64,000 bases of DNA, from assembly GCA_950097015.1 (NCBI GenBank), contig CATNEN010000033.1, forward strand, positions 2,542,001 through 2,606,000, read 5' to 3'. This stretch comes from Macrostomum hystrix (taxonomy: Eukaryota > Animalia > Platyhelminthes). A program made the position numbers and the translations under genes. Below, one piece after another: positions 26,629 through 39,863 of this stretch (position 1 is its first letter; every line of letters begins with the position of its first letter). The notes beneath the pieces are model-generated. The model searched no databases. It was not told the DNA's origin and was given only the letters and a program-made list of their open reading frames with translations.

Positions 26629-27780
26629 ATGCAATCTTTCCATTCTCTCCTCCGGCTGCTCTGGGCAATGGCTCTGCTGTCCGTTGGCAGAGCGAACGAC
26701 CAATGCGACGTCGCGAGGGGCTACGAGCTGGTGACCAACACCACCGACTGCGTCGGAGCCGAGTCTGCAGTGCGCCTCTCCGCGTGCGACGCTATGGCGG
26801 CCTGCACCCTTCTCGGGGAGAGCTTGCTCGGACCGGTAGCTTTCAGGTGGTAGCATGATTGCAGTCGCTTTTTGAGGTCATTGCACTGGGGTTTACGGTT
26901 TCACAAAGTCTAATTTTTTTACACTATTCTATTATTCGTGTAGACAGTTTTTATTTGATATTGAATTGTTGGAAGCGATCACTGCTCTACTACTGGTACA
27001 TCGATACCAATGGACGCAAGGGCAAATTCTGTACAATAAACCCTGCTTGAAATGGTCGTGCAGTGTCCGAAAGCGTCGCCCCGCCAAAACACTACAACCA
27101 TCGCTCGGACCTTGAACTAAACTCGCGCATTTGTGGCTTGCAGGTCATTGCGCAACACAGGTGGCTTGACTAAGGACACTTGGTTGGGCATAACGGATGC
27201 CGCTGTGGAGCGTGACAAGCAACCGACCGGCTGGCAGCTGGTACCGGGGTCCCAACAGATGGCCAGCCAGGACGCAGAGTTCTGGTCGGCCGGTCAGCCG
27301 GACAACCAGGTCGGCTTGGAGGACTGCACGCTCTATCTTGTGTCTGACGATGGACTGCACGACTATCAATGCAACGCCACCGCCTTCTATAGGTGCCAGA
27401 GACCCGCCGGTGAAGCGTCAAAGACTTCAAAGCCGAAGAGGTGCCAGTTCTTTCCATTGCTGCCTAGAGAAATCGAATTTCTGGCATGGGATTTCTTCAT
27501 TTGTTATTCTTTCTTTGAATCGTGCAGCTCTCAGCGGTTCCACAAACTTCCAATCCGGAGCTACTCACAGGACGCCCCGGGTTGCACTCGCCCGGTCGTC
27601 AAAGTGGCCACATCCGTGATGTGCGCCTCCAGCTGCTCAGAAGAGCTAGGTTGCATCGGCTTCTATCACAATGAGCTCCGGCTGGAGTGCCAGCTGATGC
27701 TGCATTTTGACGCGGCTCTGATGCTAAGCTACAACTCGGAGGGCGAGCGTCTCGCTTGGCGGAAGATGCTCATTTTTTGA
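26629..27780 (+). CDS. Secreted C-type lectin + PAN/apple-like domain protein (paralog 1)
   Basis: Signal peptide from ATG 26629. Exon 26629-26846, then exon from 27144 with WLGITD, W..GQPDN..EDC, LHDYQC; probable short in-frame intron ~27441-27527; C-terminal CASSC..C.GF.Y...C PAN-like module. Confidence 0.85.
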
Positions 27781-28225
27781 CCGCATGTGGGCGCCCGTCT
27801 GACAGAGTAACTGAGCGTGAAGCAAGTGATGCAGGCCTTCGAAATCTTAAGAATAGTATCTATGACGTTCTGCTATTAAACCAACATATCTAAAGTTCAT
27901 TGTCAATTAGAAATAGTATTATTAGCGCAAAATTTATGTACCAGACAGCTTTTGAATTTGCGCAAGTCTTAGAAATTAATATAGCGCTCCTTTAAGTTTC
28001 CGTAAATTAGTATTCATTTTAATGACAAAAACAGCGGCTTATTGATACATCTAAAATTGATGTTGAATTCGAGTGTTCTGGTTCACAAACAAAAATTCCT
28101 AAGTTGGTATTCATAAAAAAAAAGTTTTTTTGTTCATTCGGTAGCCTTTTAATGCGTTTTTCCAATCTCCAAAAGCGCGGGAAATCGAAAAAAATCGAAT
28201 TTGACTTTTTTGGATATTGCGCGCG

Positions 28226-29260
28226 TCACAGGTGGGCGATGCTCTTGACCCACGCCAACTGCTCAGCGGACGAGCCGTAGCTCAGCTGCACCGCCGCGTC
28301 AAAGTATTGCAGCAGCACGCACTCCGAGCGCAGCCGGTTGAAGTAGAACCCGACGCAGCCGAGCATCGCTCGGCAGGCGGCCGCGCAGTGCAGCTGCACC
28401 GGAGAGTTCAGCAGCTCCGAGTTGCAACCGACGGCGCCCTGGGTGAAGTCCACAACCGCTGCTGAAGCGAACAGGTCAAAGTGCTGCTGCACTGGCCTCT
28501 GGTTGTCAATCGGGTGCTCGCACATGCAGGCAGCATTCGCGTCACAGCCAGAGTCGTGCAGTTTCCCCGTGATGGCGCTGTGGTTGACGCAGTCCTCGAT
28601 GCTTGTGCCTCCGGGCTGTCCCGAGGCCCAGAGACTGGTGGCATTGAACACTGAGCCCGACCAGTTTGGAACCACCTTGGCACGAGAAGAAGCATTGAAA
28701 ATATGTCTATACTAGATATCTCAGCCGCAATCGCTTCAGCACTATCATGTACTTGTTAAATATTATTGACTGGGTCAGCTCCTCCTTATAATCGAGTGAC
28801 TTTGAAAGTTAGCTGAACACTTATATCTGTCGCCACATCTCTCGGGGCGAGTCACCAACAAACGTATCAAGACCACAAACTTGTGCTTGGAACCGCGCCA
28901 TGCATACGTTTCACAAAAACTGAAATTTGCCATAATTCAGCCATAGCCCACCTGCCACCCAGTCGGACTGCTGCCTCGCTCGGTCAGCTGGTCGTTGACC
29001 GCCGTCCAGACGGTGCTGCTGAGGCTCAGCCGAACTGCAGCGTACGTGTCCGGCTGCAGCAATTTCTGGCTCAGCTCGGTGCAGATCTGCAGGCACTTGC
29101 AGTAGCCGACAGCCGAGGCGAGGATTCCACTCAGGCAGGTGGGCTGGCCCGGTGAGACTGAGTAGCCAGACTGGCAAGTGGGCTCAGCAACTAGCAGGTG
29201 TGACAGAAGGCAGAGCGCCGCAAGCAGCAGCGAAGTAATTGTTGCAAATGTCTTTGACTA
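28226..29260 (-). CDS. Secreted C-type lectin + PAN/apple-like domain protein (paralog 2)
   Basis: Exon ~29257-28952 (hydrophobic SLLLAALCLLSHLLVA, VWTAVND, TGWQ) and exon 28675-28226 (W..GQPG..EDC, LHDSGC, CAAAC..C.GF.F...C). The start-codon exon is uncertain. Confidence 0.8.
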
Positions 29261-30064
29261 AGGAAGGATACAAATCAATAAAGTCCTGAACAACTATAGC
29301 TAAGCATGCAAGTCTTTAAATATCTCTGTATTTTATTTTCGTACTCCATGGTTACAGAAGCCAACCACGAATTCTTTCATCCACCTGAAACTTTTGCCTA
29401 GCCTTTCCTTTTTTTGCATTCCTGCTTCCTCATCTATCTTTGGAAGCGGTTCAGTTTCTGGGGAGTCAAGCAAAACATGCACTTTATACCTAAAAGCTGG
29501 CTGAGGCTCTCGGGCACTCTGATGCTTTTCAGTTGCATTCTTGAGTGGCCTTGGGGGACTTCAAGCTGTGCCGGTACGAAGCTGAACTCCGCTCGCAGGC
29601 CGGTTGGCCGCGTCGGTTAGCAGGAAGGCTTTTCTGGCCGCCTCACTTGATTAGCTGTAGAAAGACCAGACTATTTTCCTCCTGGGGAGAGACACGGTGG
29701 TATTTCAAATACTCACTGTATTGGTTGAATGTTTTGGGAGATTTTCCATGGTTTAAGTGCAGTTTTACTACTGAAAATTGCTTCACCATTAGATTCTCTG
29801 AATGGACTGCTTTGAATACTTAGAAATAAGGCCTTTTACATAAAGGCTTGGCTTTCAACAAAGACCCAAAGCACCGGGGAGCTCCGGTGCCCCCTATTTA
29901 TCTCCAAAGGAATGGGATCGAATATCCATCTAGTACGAATACTCTCATGCTACTACTGACAGTACAGTTGCAAAAAAATTACTTCCGGCGACAAACCTTC
30001 GCTGTGGCTTTCATAATTTAGAGACAAAATAGAGCGTCGTTTACGCTTTCCTACAGTGCGATTT

Positions 30065-30575
30065 GTGTGTGAGTGAATGTGAGTGATTGTGAGTGAGTGT
30101 GAGTGAATGTGAGTGAGTGTGAGTGAATGTGAGTGAGTGTGAGTGAATGTGAGTGAGTGTGAGTGAATGTGAGTGAGTGTGAGTGAGTGTGAGTGAATGT
30201 GAGTGAGTGTGAGTGAATGTGAGTGAGTGTGAGTGAATGTGAGTGAGTGTGAGTGAATGTGAGTGAGTGTGAGTGAATGTGAGTGAGTGTGAGTGAATGT
30301 GAGTGAGTGTGAGTGAATGTGAGTGAATGTGAGTGAGTGTGAGTGATTGTGAGTGAGTGTGAGTGAGTGTGAGTGAGTGTGAGTGAGTGTGAGTGAATGT
30401 GAGTGAGTGTGAGTGAGTGTGAGTGAATGTGAGTGAGTTTGAGTGTGAGTGTGAGTGAGTGTGAGTGTGAGTGAGTTTGAGTGTGAGTGTGAGTGAGTTT
30501 GAGTGTGAGTGAATGTGAGTGAGTGTGAGTGTGATTGTGTGAGTGAGCGTGTGCAAGTGTGTGCGAGAGTGAGTA
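30065..30575. repeat. Simple repeat (gtgagtga(a/g)t)n
   Basis: Directly visible; it produces the spurious THSH ORFs. Confidence 0.97.
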
Positions 30576-31126
30576 CATGTAAGGGTGAAACTCAGCGTTT
30601 CATTCTGTGTCAATTTTGTTTTCTCGAATTCTAAATTTCCGACAGTCGTGGAGTCGCAGCGCAATTGTGACCGGCTCCGGTCTCCAGGGCCGCTGCTAAT
30701 TCCCAGCTGTGCTCGGTGTCCATCTATGCGCACCAGATGGAAAAGCAGTGGCAAAGTAAATTAGAGTCTATAATAAGTACTAGGGTGACGCTCCAGTGTT
30801 GTGTTATTGTGAGCAGCTCAAATGTGAAGACCTTGTCTCAACACCATGCATATGTGACCCGTGGCTTAATTAAGCCCGCTTTCAACAGAACAAGATGCCA
30901 TGAACGTGACTGAACAGTCGATAAGCTGCAGCAAACATCGTGTAGTTAGCATTAGCAATGAATGCCGCGTTTTGCGCACTGTTCTTCACTTATGGGGGAA
31001 TTTATTTTCAGCATTGCCGTCTGAGAACGCAGGTCAAACTTAACAAGCTGTTTCAGCCGTTCTCGCATAACAACAAAATGTTTGTTCACAAATTATCCTA
31101 GTAGACAAATCGCGTAGTCTAGCTAT

Positions 31127-32069
31127 TCACTTTCTGAAGAGCAGTGGGTCGTATCGCTTCATGGAGTACAGCGGGTCGAACCTCTTGGCTAGAAGTGGGT
31201 CGTATCGCTTCATGGAGTACAGTGGGTCGAACCTCTTGGCTAGAAGTGGGTCGTATCGCTTCATGGAGTACAGCGGGTCGAACCTCTTGGCTAGAAGTGG
31301 GTCGTATCGCTTCATGGAGTACAGTGGGTCGAACCTCTTGGCTAGAAGTGGGTCGTATCGCTTCATGGAGTACAGCGGGTCGAACCTCTTGGCTAGAAGT
31401 GGGTCGTATCGCTTCATGGAGTACAGCGGGTCGAACCTCTTGGCTAGAAGTGGGTCGTATCGCTTCATGGAGTACAGCGGGTCGAACCTCTTGGTAGATA
31501 GCAGCGGATCAAAGCGCTTAGCTTTGTTCTCAGAGTGCTGAGTAGCGCGTGATACACGCGGAGCCTGCAGCATGTTGAATTAATTCTTTAATTCTTTAAT
31601 TACAAATGTTTAAATTAATGGTGTCTAAAATGCAGACTGAGGTCGCATTCGTGGCCAAGACCTTAGTTGGTGAAACGGTCGATCCAACCCCAGTCGCAGG
31701 ATCGATTATCAGAGCACAAGGTCTGCAACAGACGAGCGACTGTGCCGTGACGGCTGGTTTAAGAGGACCAGGAAGGGAAACTTAATCCTTCTCGCTTTTA
31801 CTGAGGGACCAACAGAGTATCGGTGCTGGGCCGGGTGCTTCAGCTTGGGTTACCTCGCATAGTATATCGACCTGAGACAATCGACCATGGGGGATGCGCC
31901 CCCAACTAATCCCCCACCAACTGGCGAAATTAATTTCTGAGCTTTACTAGATATTGATTGCAAAAAAAATTGTGTCATCAGACAGAGGATTTACCGCGAC
32001 GGCTGAGCTGACGGCCAGGCCGCAGATCAGAAGGCACCAGAGCGGCGAACTGCGCGAGGCGACCGGCAT
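31127..32069 (-). CDS. Multi-copy neuropeptide precursor (FDPLYSM / YDPLLA peptides)
   Basis: Exon 32069-31995 is a signal peptide MPVASRSSPLWCLLICGLAVSSAVA. GTAAAT..CAG phase-0 intron. Exon 31564-31127 has 15 KR-delimited peptides: 1 FDPLLST, 7 FDPLYSM, 6 YDPLLA, 1 YDPLLF. Confidence 0.92.
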
Positions 32070-34160
32070 TTTGTTTCCGAAGCTATGGGACACCAGGCCG
32101 CGCTCTGAAAAACATGAAGCGGGACAATTCTTGGGCGAAATCTTTAGAAGGCTGGAGTCGGCTGAGTGAGAAGGCTCAAGAGGGCTAGAAGAGAGTCGAA
32201 GAGTTGGATCATCCATCAAGTCGAGGGAGAGCTTCGCTCTGGTTCGCTGTGGCCGCTGGCAGGCGAAAAAAACAGTTGCCGCTATTTTTGTGCCGTCTCC
32301 CCTTCGCTTGCCAGCTCGCATGCATTCTTGAGCATGCATCGACCGCTGTTGAGAATGAGAAGGAAACGAAGCAATCCAACTCGCGAAAATAATACAAGTG
32401 GACGCGAGCCTCAATGAGTCTCCATGGCGACGAAAAAAGTTGAAATCTGAGCAGAACATATCATTATAGCTTGCAGTAAACTAACCAACTAAAACAGATT
32501 GAAAAGCATTGCGTAAGCTGAAACCAAGCTGAGTGATGGAGTGAGAATGTGTGAAATCTTTCAGCTTACCAGGAACTTGACGTGTCTCGGGCAACCTGCT
32601 GAATTTTTGCTACTCGAGAGGACAGGATTGGGACCAGCAGAGGGACCGCAAGCCTCTTCAGTCAGTGGCCAAGCTTAAATGATGGAAGCGAGAGATGAGA
32701 CGCGCCCAGAGACAGATCACAGACGAAAAGAACCAGCCTGCAGCCAATGGGATGGCGCGTGGTGACAGCGAGTGAGTGGCGACACAAAGGAGAAGAGGAG
32801 AGAGCGGAGGATGAGAACCAGCCACTCCGCAATGTTTGAGCTGTCGGCTCGGCCAACAATCTTGACCTGTCGGCTCCCATTAAGGAAGCGGCGACCGGTG
32901 GGCAGAGGTCCCATCCGAGTGAAATAAGTATGAGTAAAAACTGCTGAGTGGTCTTCCGTCTGTGACATCCCCGATGGCCTCTGAACAGCCAGATGCCACA
33001 AGGCAGAGAGAAGTGGAATTTCTAAGAAAAAGCAAAACAAACAGCCTTGAAAGTTGCACTAGAGACAGACAGCGTTTCGTTGATTCTCTAATGTCCTTCT
33101 TCAAAGGCTTGGTTTAGATTCTCAGTGACGACCAGCCAATCAATCAATAAAAGTTCATGGGCTAATAAAAACCTGAGTACACTATTAAACAGTTTGAGCA
33201 CATTGTCAAAATGTGTTTGAGCACGCTATTAAACAGTTTAATACACTGTCAAACTGTTTAGCACTGTCTTAAAACTTGAGTACACTGTCTGACAGTTTGA
33301 GCACATAGGCGAACAGTAAACAGTGAATATTTCAAGTCGAATTTTGGGAGGGCACCGAATGAAAGGGTTGTATCCGGTATGAAACAGGCTTTAGATAAAA
33401 AAGGAATCCAAGTGAATCGATTTCTATTCTCATCTGTTCGTTGAATAGATAGCTAATATTCCGTGTTATTTCATTGTCGGTAGAAGATTTTAGATAAAAA
33501 AGGTTAGAAGAGAAAGCGAGAGCTTAATGCTGTGGGTGAGCGACTTGCTGAGGCTTTTTTTCTAAGGAAGCGGCGCAAATGACTGTTTTCAAAACAAAGG
33601 AATGTCTCCAACTTGAAGCCGATGTATAAAAAATAGCATTGTCCAAATGCTCGCGACCATTCATTTTGTCAAGCACAACTGAGTCACTAGCGTATGTTGC
33701 TAGGCAACCGTGAGCCCATGATTGGCTACTATTGCACTATTTTTATGCCTAGAATCCGAGAGACATCTTTTTATTCAGCAGGCATTTTCTGCTGCGGATA
33801 GAACTAGCGACCCATGAAGTAGAATCGGCAGTTTCCTGTTTCTACGAGTATATGTATTCTCCTGCATGTGGAATGACTCTTTTTTAATGGCTATTAAAAT
33901 GCGTTGATGAGATGGCTAATTTCAGCTTTTTAAAAAACCAGATTATCCATAATGAACCAATGCGAGACAGTTGCTTTGTTAGTATTTTAGAATTTATTAT
34001 TTATGAGTTTTTTTAGACCGAAGTTGTAATTGTCTATGGCCCAATCGTCAATACGCAATGTGGTTCTTCCTTAAAATCCTTCTTCGACTAATCGTACAAG
34101 GTAATGTAAATGGTTCCATGCTTAAGTGACGAGAAACCAGTTGTATCAGATGGAACTACG

Positions 34161-35742
34161 AGTATTGCTTTAGTCGCGCTATGTGGAACAGTGGACATGC
34201 AAAACGGAACGGCCCATGGAATTCTATGACCAAGCGTTTGAATTCACATGAGAAAGTAAGCCATAGACAACTCAATCTGTCATGCTATGTGGAACGATGA
34301 GCCAAAATAGAAGGAACGATTTTAGCTTTTCACAGAGACAACACGCTTTCATTTTCTTTCGTTTGATCAGTTAAGCAATAATGGCGCCCCAAATTGCTGT
34401 ACGTGATCGACAGCGCATCGTCGCCGCCTTGCACCGTGGACTGTCGATGAAGGATGTGTCAGTCTTGTTTGGAGTATCCAAAACTTCTGTTCACCGTATT
34501 CGGTCGAACGTTCGAACGTTCGAACAAGCTGGCAGGTTGGAAGCTTTGCCTCGTGGAGGACGTAAGGAAGCAAACTGCAAAATGGACGCAGAGATGCGAG
34601 ATTTTTTACAACATGAGGTGCAGCGAAATCCCTTTCTAACGCTAAAGTCAATGGCTGAGAAGCTGATTGGACGCTTTCCTGACAAGCCGCAGGTGAGCCT
34701 TAAAACAATTGATCGAACAATGGATGTTTTGCTCTTTACGGTCAAACTTGCTACCAAGGGGACGGATATTCACCTAAACACCAACCGAGTCGAAAGCCTG
34801 GACGCCAGAAGCGAATACGCTAACTTCATGCTCCACTTGGCTCCAGGAGTTCACACTGTCTAACTTAGATGAGACCGGTATTAACTTGTGGACCCGGAGG
34901 TCGCAGGGCAGGTCGGCTCGTGGACACCCAGTGAAGCGCACGGTGACAACCCAGAGGGGTCCTAACGTTACGGTTTGCATGGCAATTTCGTCGGAGTTCG
35001 GGTTGTTGCATTCTGTCATCCAGAGAGGTGGCCAAACGCAGCAAAGGTTTCAAGAATTTTTAGACCACCTAGCAGACCGCTGCCATCAACTGGACCCTAC
35101 CGGAAACTGGATAATTTTTATGGACGTCCCAAACTTTCATCGTAATGTGGAGATCCGAGAGAACCATCGGAACAGAATTACGACACGAATCCTACCCCCG
35201 TATTCACCATTTCTAAACCCGACCGAATTTGCTAACTCTGCGTTGAAGTCAAATCTCAAGAACCGTTTGGCGGAAGCCGGCATGGTTGAGGATGAGCAAG
35301 TTCCACCAGAAGGAGTGACACTTGAGCAGTGGAGATTCATGCTACTTGAACGAGAGGCGACTGAAGCTGTTGATCAATCAATCACTGCTGACTAGTGCGC
35401 TGGTTGGAAGCTGCGCTGCAATCGATTGTTTGGATTGTGTTTGCAGCGACATATGTTTTAGGGGTTGAAATTTTTTAACTTTGATGCTTCAATTTCAGAC
35501 TTAAAATAAGATTCATTTGAATGCAACTCAGAAAAATGTTCTGTTTCTGCTTGTTCTTATTCTTTCTGCAAATAAAATCTAATCTGGTTCCTTCTATTCT
35601 GGCTCATCGTTCCACATGGCATGACAGATTGGGTTGTCTATGGCTTACTTTCTCGTGTGAATTCAAACGCTTGGTCACAGAATTCCATAACCGTTCCGTT
35701 TTACATGTCCACTGTTCCACATAGTGCGACAAAAGCAATACT
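34161..35742 (+). mobile_element. IS630/Tc1-mariner DNA transposon with ~157-bp TIRs and inactivated transposase
   Basis: TIRs 34161-34317 and 35587-35742. Transposase 34381-~35460: HTH, LDETG, FMD..FH, PYSPFLNPTE. A +1 frameshift/stop at ~34861 and a premature TAG at 35393. Confidence 0.93.
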
Positions 35743-38700
35743 AACTCCTAATGACTTACCTGCACGGCTATTGCATGGCTCCAATATATATTTTTTCAAA
35801 AGGCTTGTATTTTTAAGAAGCCGTTCAGAAGATGGAAGAATTTTTCCTTCACTGCTAGCCAGAGGATGCACTTTTCTAACAACGATCGGTTGACGACCGC
35901 AATCGATCAGAAATCTGAGCCGTCTGTCTCTTCAGCTTCTTCAACTCAGCAAGTGTGCCAGCGCTTTACTCCTTACTGTTGGAGACGTGCACAAGTGAGC
36001 AGCAGCAGCAGCAGCATGCCACTCAGTTCAAGGGCGCACGCGCACACTCGGTGACGGACCAGAATTCGCTGACCGTCAACCAGGGACGCTCAGTCCGTGA
36101 GGCATACATCACAGGCTCTTAATTTGTGTTGGGCCATCCAAGCTCTGCAAATAATTCATGGTCTGTGATGCCCTTGCCCATCGTCTTCTAGGCGAAAAAA
36201 TGTTCAAAGTGCAGCGTCTTAACAAACTGGGCCCGAAATTGCTCGGCGCACTTTTGTAACTCTGAAGGCTAATCAAAGGCGTGAGTTTATCTGTCACGGA
36301 TTTTCTCATCTAACATTGAAATAGGTCAATTCATTTCAAAATAATTTAAATTGGCTTCTGGCATACATATAAATGCAATAATGGTTAGCGGTATAATTAT
36401 GTCTACAATGTACTCTATAAAATGATTCTGGGTTGTGTCTAGACCGCTTGGTCTATTGATTGACCCGTGTCTTCAGCCGCAACGGCAAAATGCTGTCTCA
36501 GACGCCCATCTTGAGATTCAGTCCATAATATGCACTGCTTAGACCTGAAAGTTTTCTCCCCTATAAGTTTGGCGCCTCCGCTGTCACTGCTGTGGTCAGG
36601 TCTCTTGTATAGTGAGCAATTTTCACATTCAAATTCAACCAACAGGGGAAGCCAAATCCCAGGGGTCACAAATCCCTAATGCTGATTTTCATCATCAGGT
36701 GAGATTTTAATTATCGACTCAGTGTGTCAGCTTTAAAAACGCGCAAAGCCAATAGCCCGGATGGCGTGACTGACTCTTGTGCGTGTTGAGTCGGTTCCAA
36801 CAACTTGCTGATTTTCATTCTATATAGCTGATAAATATTCTAGTAATTCAGCCTCATCTAGTATGCTCAAGGGCATTGATTAGCTGCCCAATTTATCAAA
36901 TAAATACATTTATAATAAATCGGATAAAACAGAGCCAAACTGAGCTCATGCATAGCCTGCATGTGATCCTTTGCAGCCATTGCCTGGGCTAATTACAGGA
37001 TAATTAGGTCCATGGTCAGATGTGAGCTCTGACTCGATACGCTGAAGGAATATAGATATATGCAGCCGTGTATATTTGGATTACACCTGTGCGCGTGGAT
37101 GCCTAATAATGATATCGCCAACTGTTGCATCGCACAACATGTATATATGATATGAGCTTCAGTAAATTTTGTATTGTGTTCAATGGATGCAACGAAACCC
37201 CATCCTCACTGCACGGCCTTCTGTAGTGCGTCAGTGCAACCAAAGTGAAACATGTTATCGATCATAATTATGGACGCTAATAGAGAAACCTATCATTTTC
37301 ATGTTGCTGGATTGTATTTCGACGCCTATTATGTTATTCAATTTGCTGTTTGGAGTACCTTTGAAACTAATTTGCTGCAAATAAGGATTGTTAAAGGATG
37401 TGCGAAGCCTAAATGATTGACAGAAGCGTAGCAATGTTACCGAATGACATTGCTGTAAAGTAGCTTGCGAGTTTTCACAATTTCATTAGTAAAGTTAGCC
37501 ATGCAGTTTGCTCAAAGAGAACATGGCAAAGAAAACAGCACGATGAATGCATGCGCACGCATTGATTATGACGCGATCAACATTAAAATGCACGGTGAAA
37601 CCGTATATACACTCAGGATGTATTTCGTTTCAGAAAAATGCGTTTAAGCTGAATATGCGATCAGGTACAACTAAATTAAGGGGGTTTTGTTGTCACTGTA
37701 TGTGATCTTTTTCTTTGTTAAACGTTAGTCTAAGGTAAAGCAAGGATCACTAGGAGAAGACCACTCCTAGTTGTCCTTGAGGCAAAAATGAGCAACTCGT
37801 CAATATTAGTCCCTCAGCCCATTCATTTTACATATACTGTGTGCGCTTAACACTATGTCGTTTCTACACTTTACTTGAACGTGCGCCTGTTTGAATTTGA
37901 ATTTCCAGCTTGTTAAAATTGCTGAACTATCTAAATCATCGATTGAAATAATAATGTTTGGATGTGCTATCTAGTATACATTTTTGATTACAAAAACCAT
38001 CGCAGCATGTGAGGAATGATCATCATCAAAATGCTAAGATCGCCTCTCGTAGTCAATAGGGACAGAGAGATGCTTTTGACTAATCTTAATAGGTTCATCG
38101 ATCTAATATTCCCATGCTGTTATGATTTAGCAAGTTAAAAAACCACATCGAGTTTCTTTTCACTAATACTAGCTAAATTTGCACACACTGCTGTTTTACT
38201 AAGTGTAAAAAACTATCGCGTGCAAATTTTTCTTAGAATCGGGATCAATATGGTCACAAGTGACACGTTGTGAGTTCGTTGACACAATAGTGTGACTTCG
38301 TTGGCACACTATTCTGTCATGCATAGCTAATCGAGCGTACAGAAGATACGACAGTTGTCCTAAATAATTAAAAAATGTAATGACCATGCCTTGCCTTCAA
38401 ATCCAGCTGAAAATTCTTTATCTTTAACTTCGTCTTCATATGGCCTTAAGGAGAAGGTATCAATATGCCAAGCTATTAAGAAATAAATAGCTTAGTTTAC
38501 TTCTTAACCAAATTAAAGTCATTCATATTTTATTACTAATACTTTTAGGCTCACAAAATTGATTAGGCTGTATGCTACTTATTTGCATAGCTTCACCATT
38601 TACATGCAATTAAGCAATGAAATTATAATTTTGAAATGTAAGGCCTATACCAATGCAATTTACACATTAGACACGAAGATTGGAATGTTACTTGTGTAAT

Positions 38701-39863
38701 TGGATTGGATTGATTGGAACATTCCAATCATAAATGCTTTGTTTGCGAACCAAAATATAAGTATTTTGTATTCATAAGAAAAGATACTGAGAAATTTTTA
38801 ATAGGCCTAACCTTAGTCCTTATTATATCCACAGCTATAGTTTTTAATAAAATCCATTTTTATTTAGGCCTAACAGTTTCAGGTCATAGCTACTTTTATA
38901 TTTGCCTGTTATTCTTTTTAATAAATGGATTTAACAACAATTTGGCTTCTTTTTTATATTTGCTTCTCTGTTATATCTAGCTAGAATATTAGGATATAAG
39001 GTTTTGTTAATTTTTGCACAAAGTTCATTGACATGTGCTGGGAACTGTATCATTTTGAATCAAAAGAGTGCCGCAACAAGCTAACAGGGGCTTTGGCCTG
39101 TGAAACCCTATAGGAAAAAATGAAATTGGAGTGCTGTGCTGTGTCATATCAAGCCATGTTGCCTAAGTGTGCTCTGCGCCAACCAGAATTTTCAAAAATG
39201 AGCTGGACATGTGTCTACAAAAATATATTTTTTCTATTGGAACTTCATTTGCAAGTAGTTCAGAGGAATGGAAGTGGCCAACACTGAGGAAAAGATATGT
39301 TTATATATGTCTTAGTAAAATATCAACTAATGAGTAGAAAATCAAAAAAAAGATATAATTTATCAATTCTTGAATATTAGTACTTTATTAGGTACCTATA
39401 AATGCTCTTCCATTTATTTTTTTGTATAGTCACTCAAGATTTTATTTTTGTTTTAATAACATAATATCTAGCTATGATTATTTTTTTAATTTCAGGTTTA
39501 TCTTGATCTTAATATTTGTAATACTTGTTCTTAAGTGATTGCTATTTACTATTTATTTGAATTTAAAGCCTGAAGCTAGGAATGTTTATCAGAGTAATTA
39601 AATTATTTAAGCATCTTAAAGATTTTTCAATTCTGGTTAAGAGAGCTTAATACTTCAAATAGTTTAACTGCAGGTTTTTCTATAGACTAGGTTTAGTTGC
39701 CACAGACACATTTTTCACAAAGAAAGCTTTTTTACACTGGCCTTTGTCCAAATGCTACTTTTCAATAGACCACTGACTAATTTAAATGTATGGAAGAAAA
39801 TCATAGAGGTATTTTCCAAATTTCAGCTGAGGAAAATCATTGCTCAGCCTAGCTATCGTAATT

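Noticed and set aside
29871-29935. gcaccgg..ccggtgc hairpin as a Helitron 3' end
   Set aside because: The nearest CTAG is ~40 nt away rather than ~10 nt, and no matching 5' end was found.
30041-30754. His/Thr/Ser-rich ORFs (THSHSL)
   Set aside because: Produced by a simple (gtga)-type repeat.
35840-37060. Possible exons on the + strand (EQQQQQHATQFK..., AIAWANYRIIRSM) and the 36439-36669 minus ORF
   Set aside because: Plausible splice sites, but no coherent reading frame or recognisable family could be assembled.
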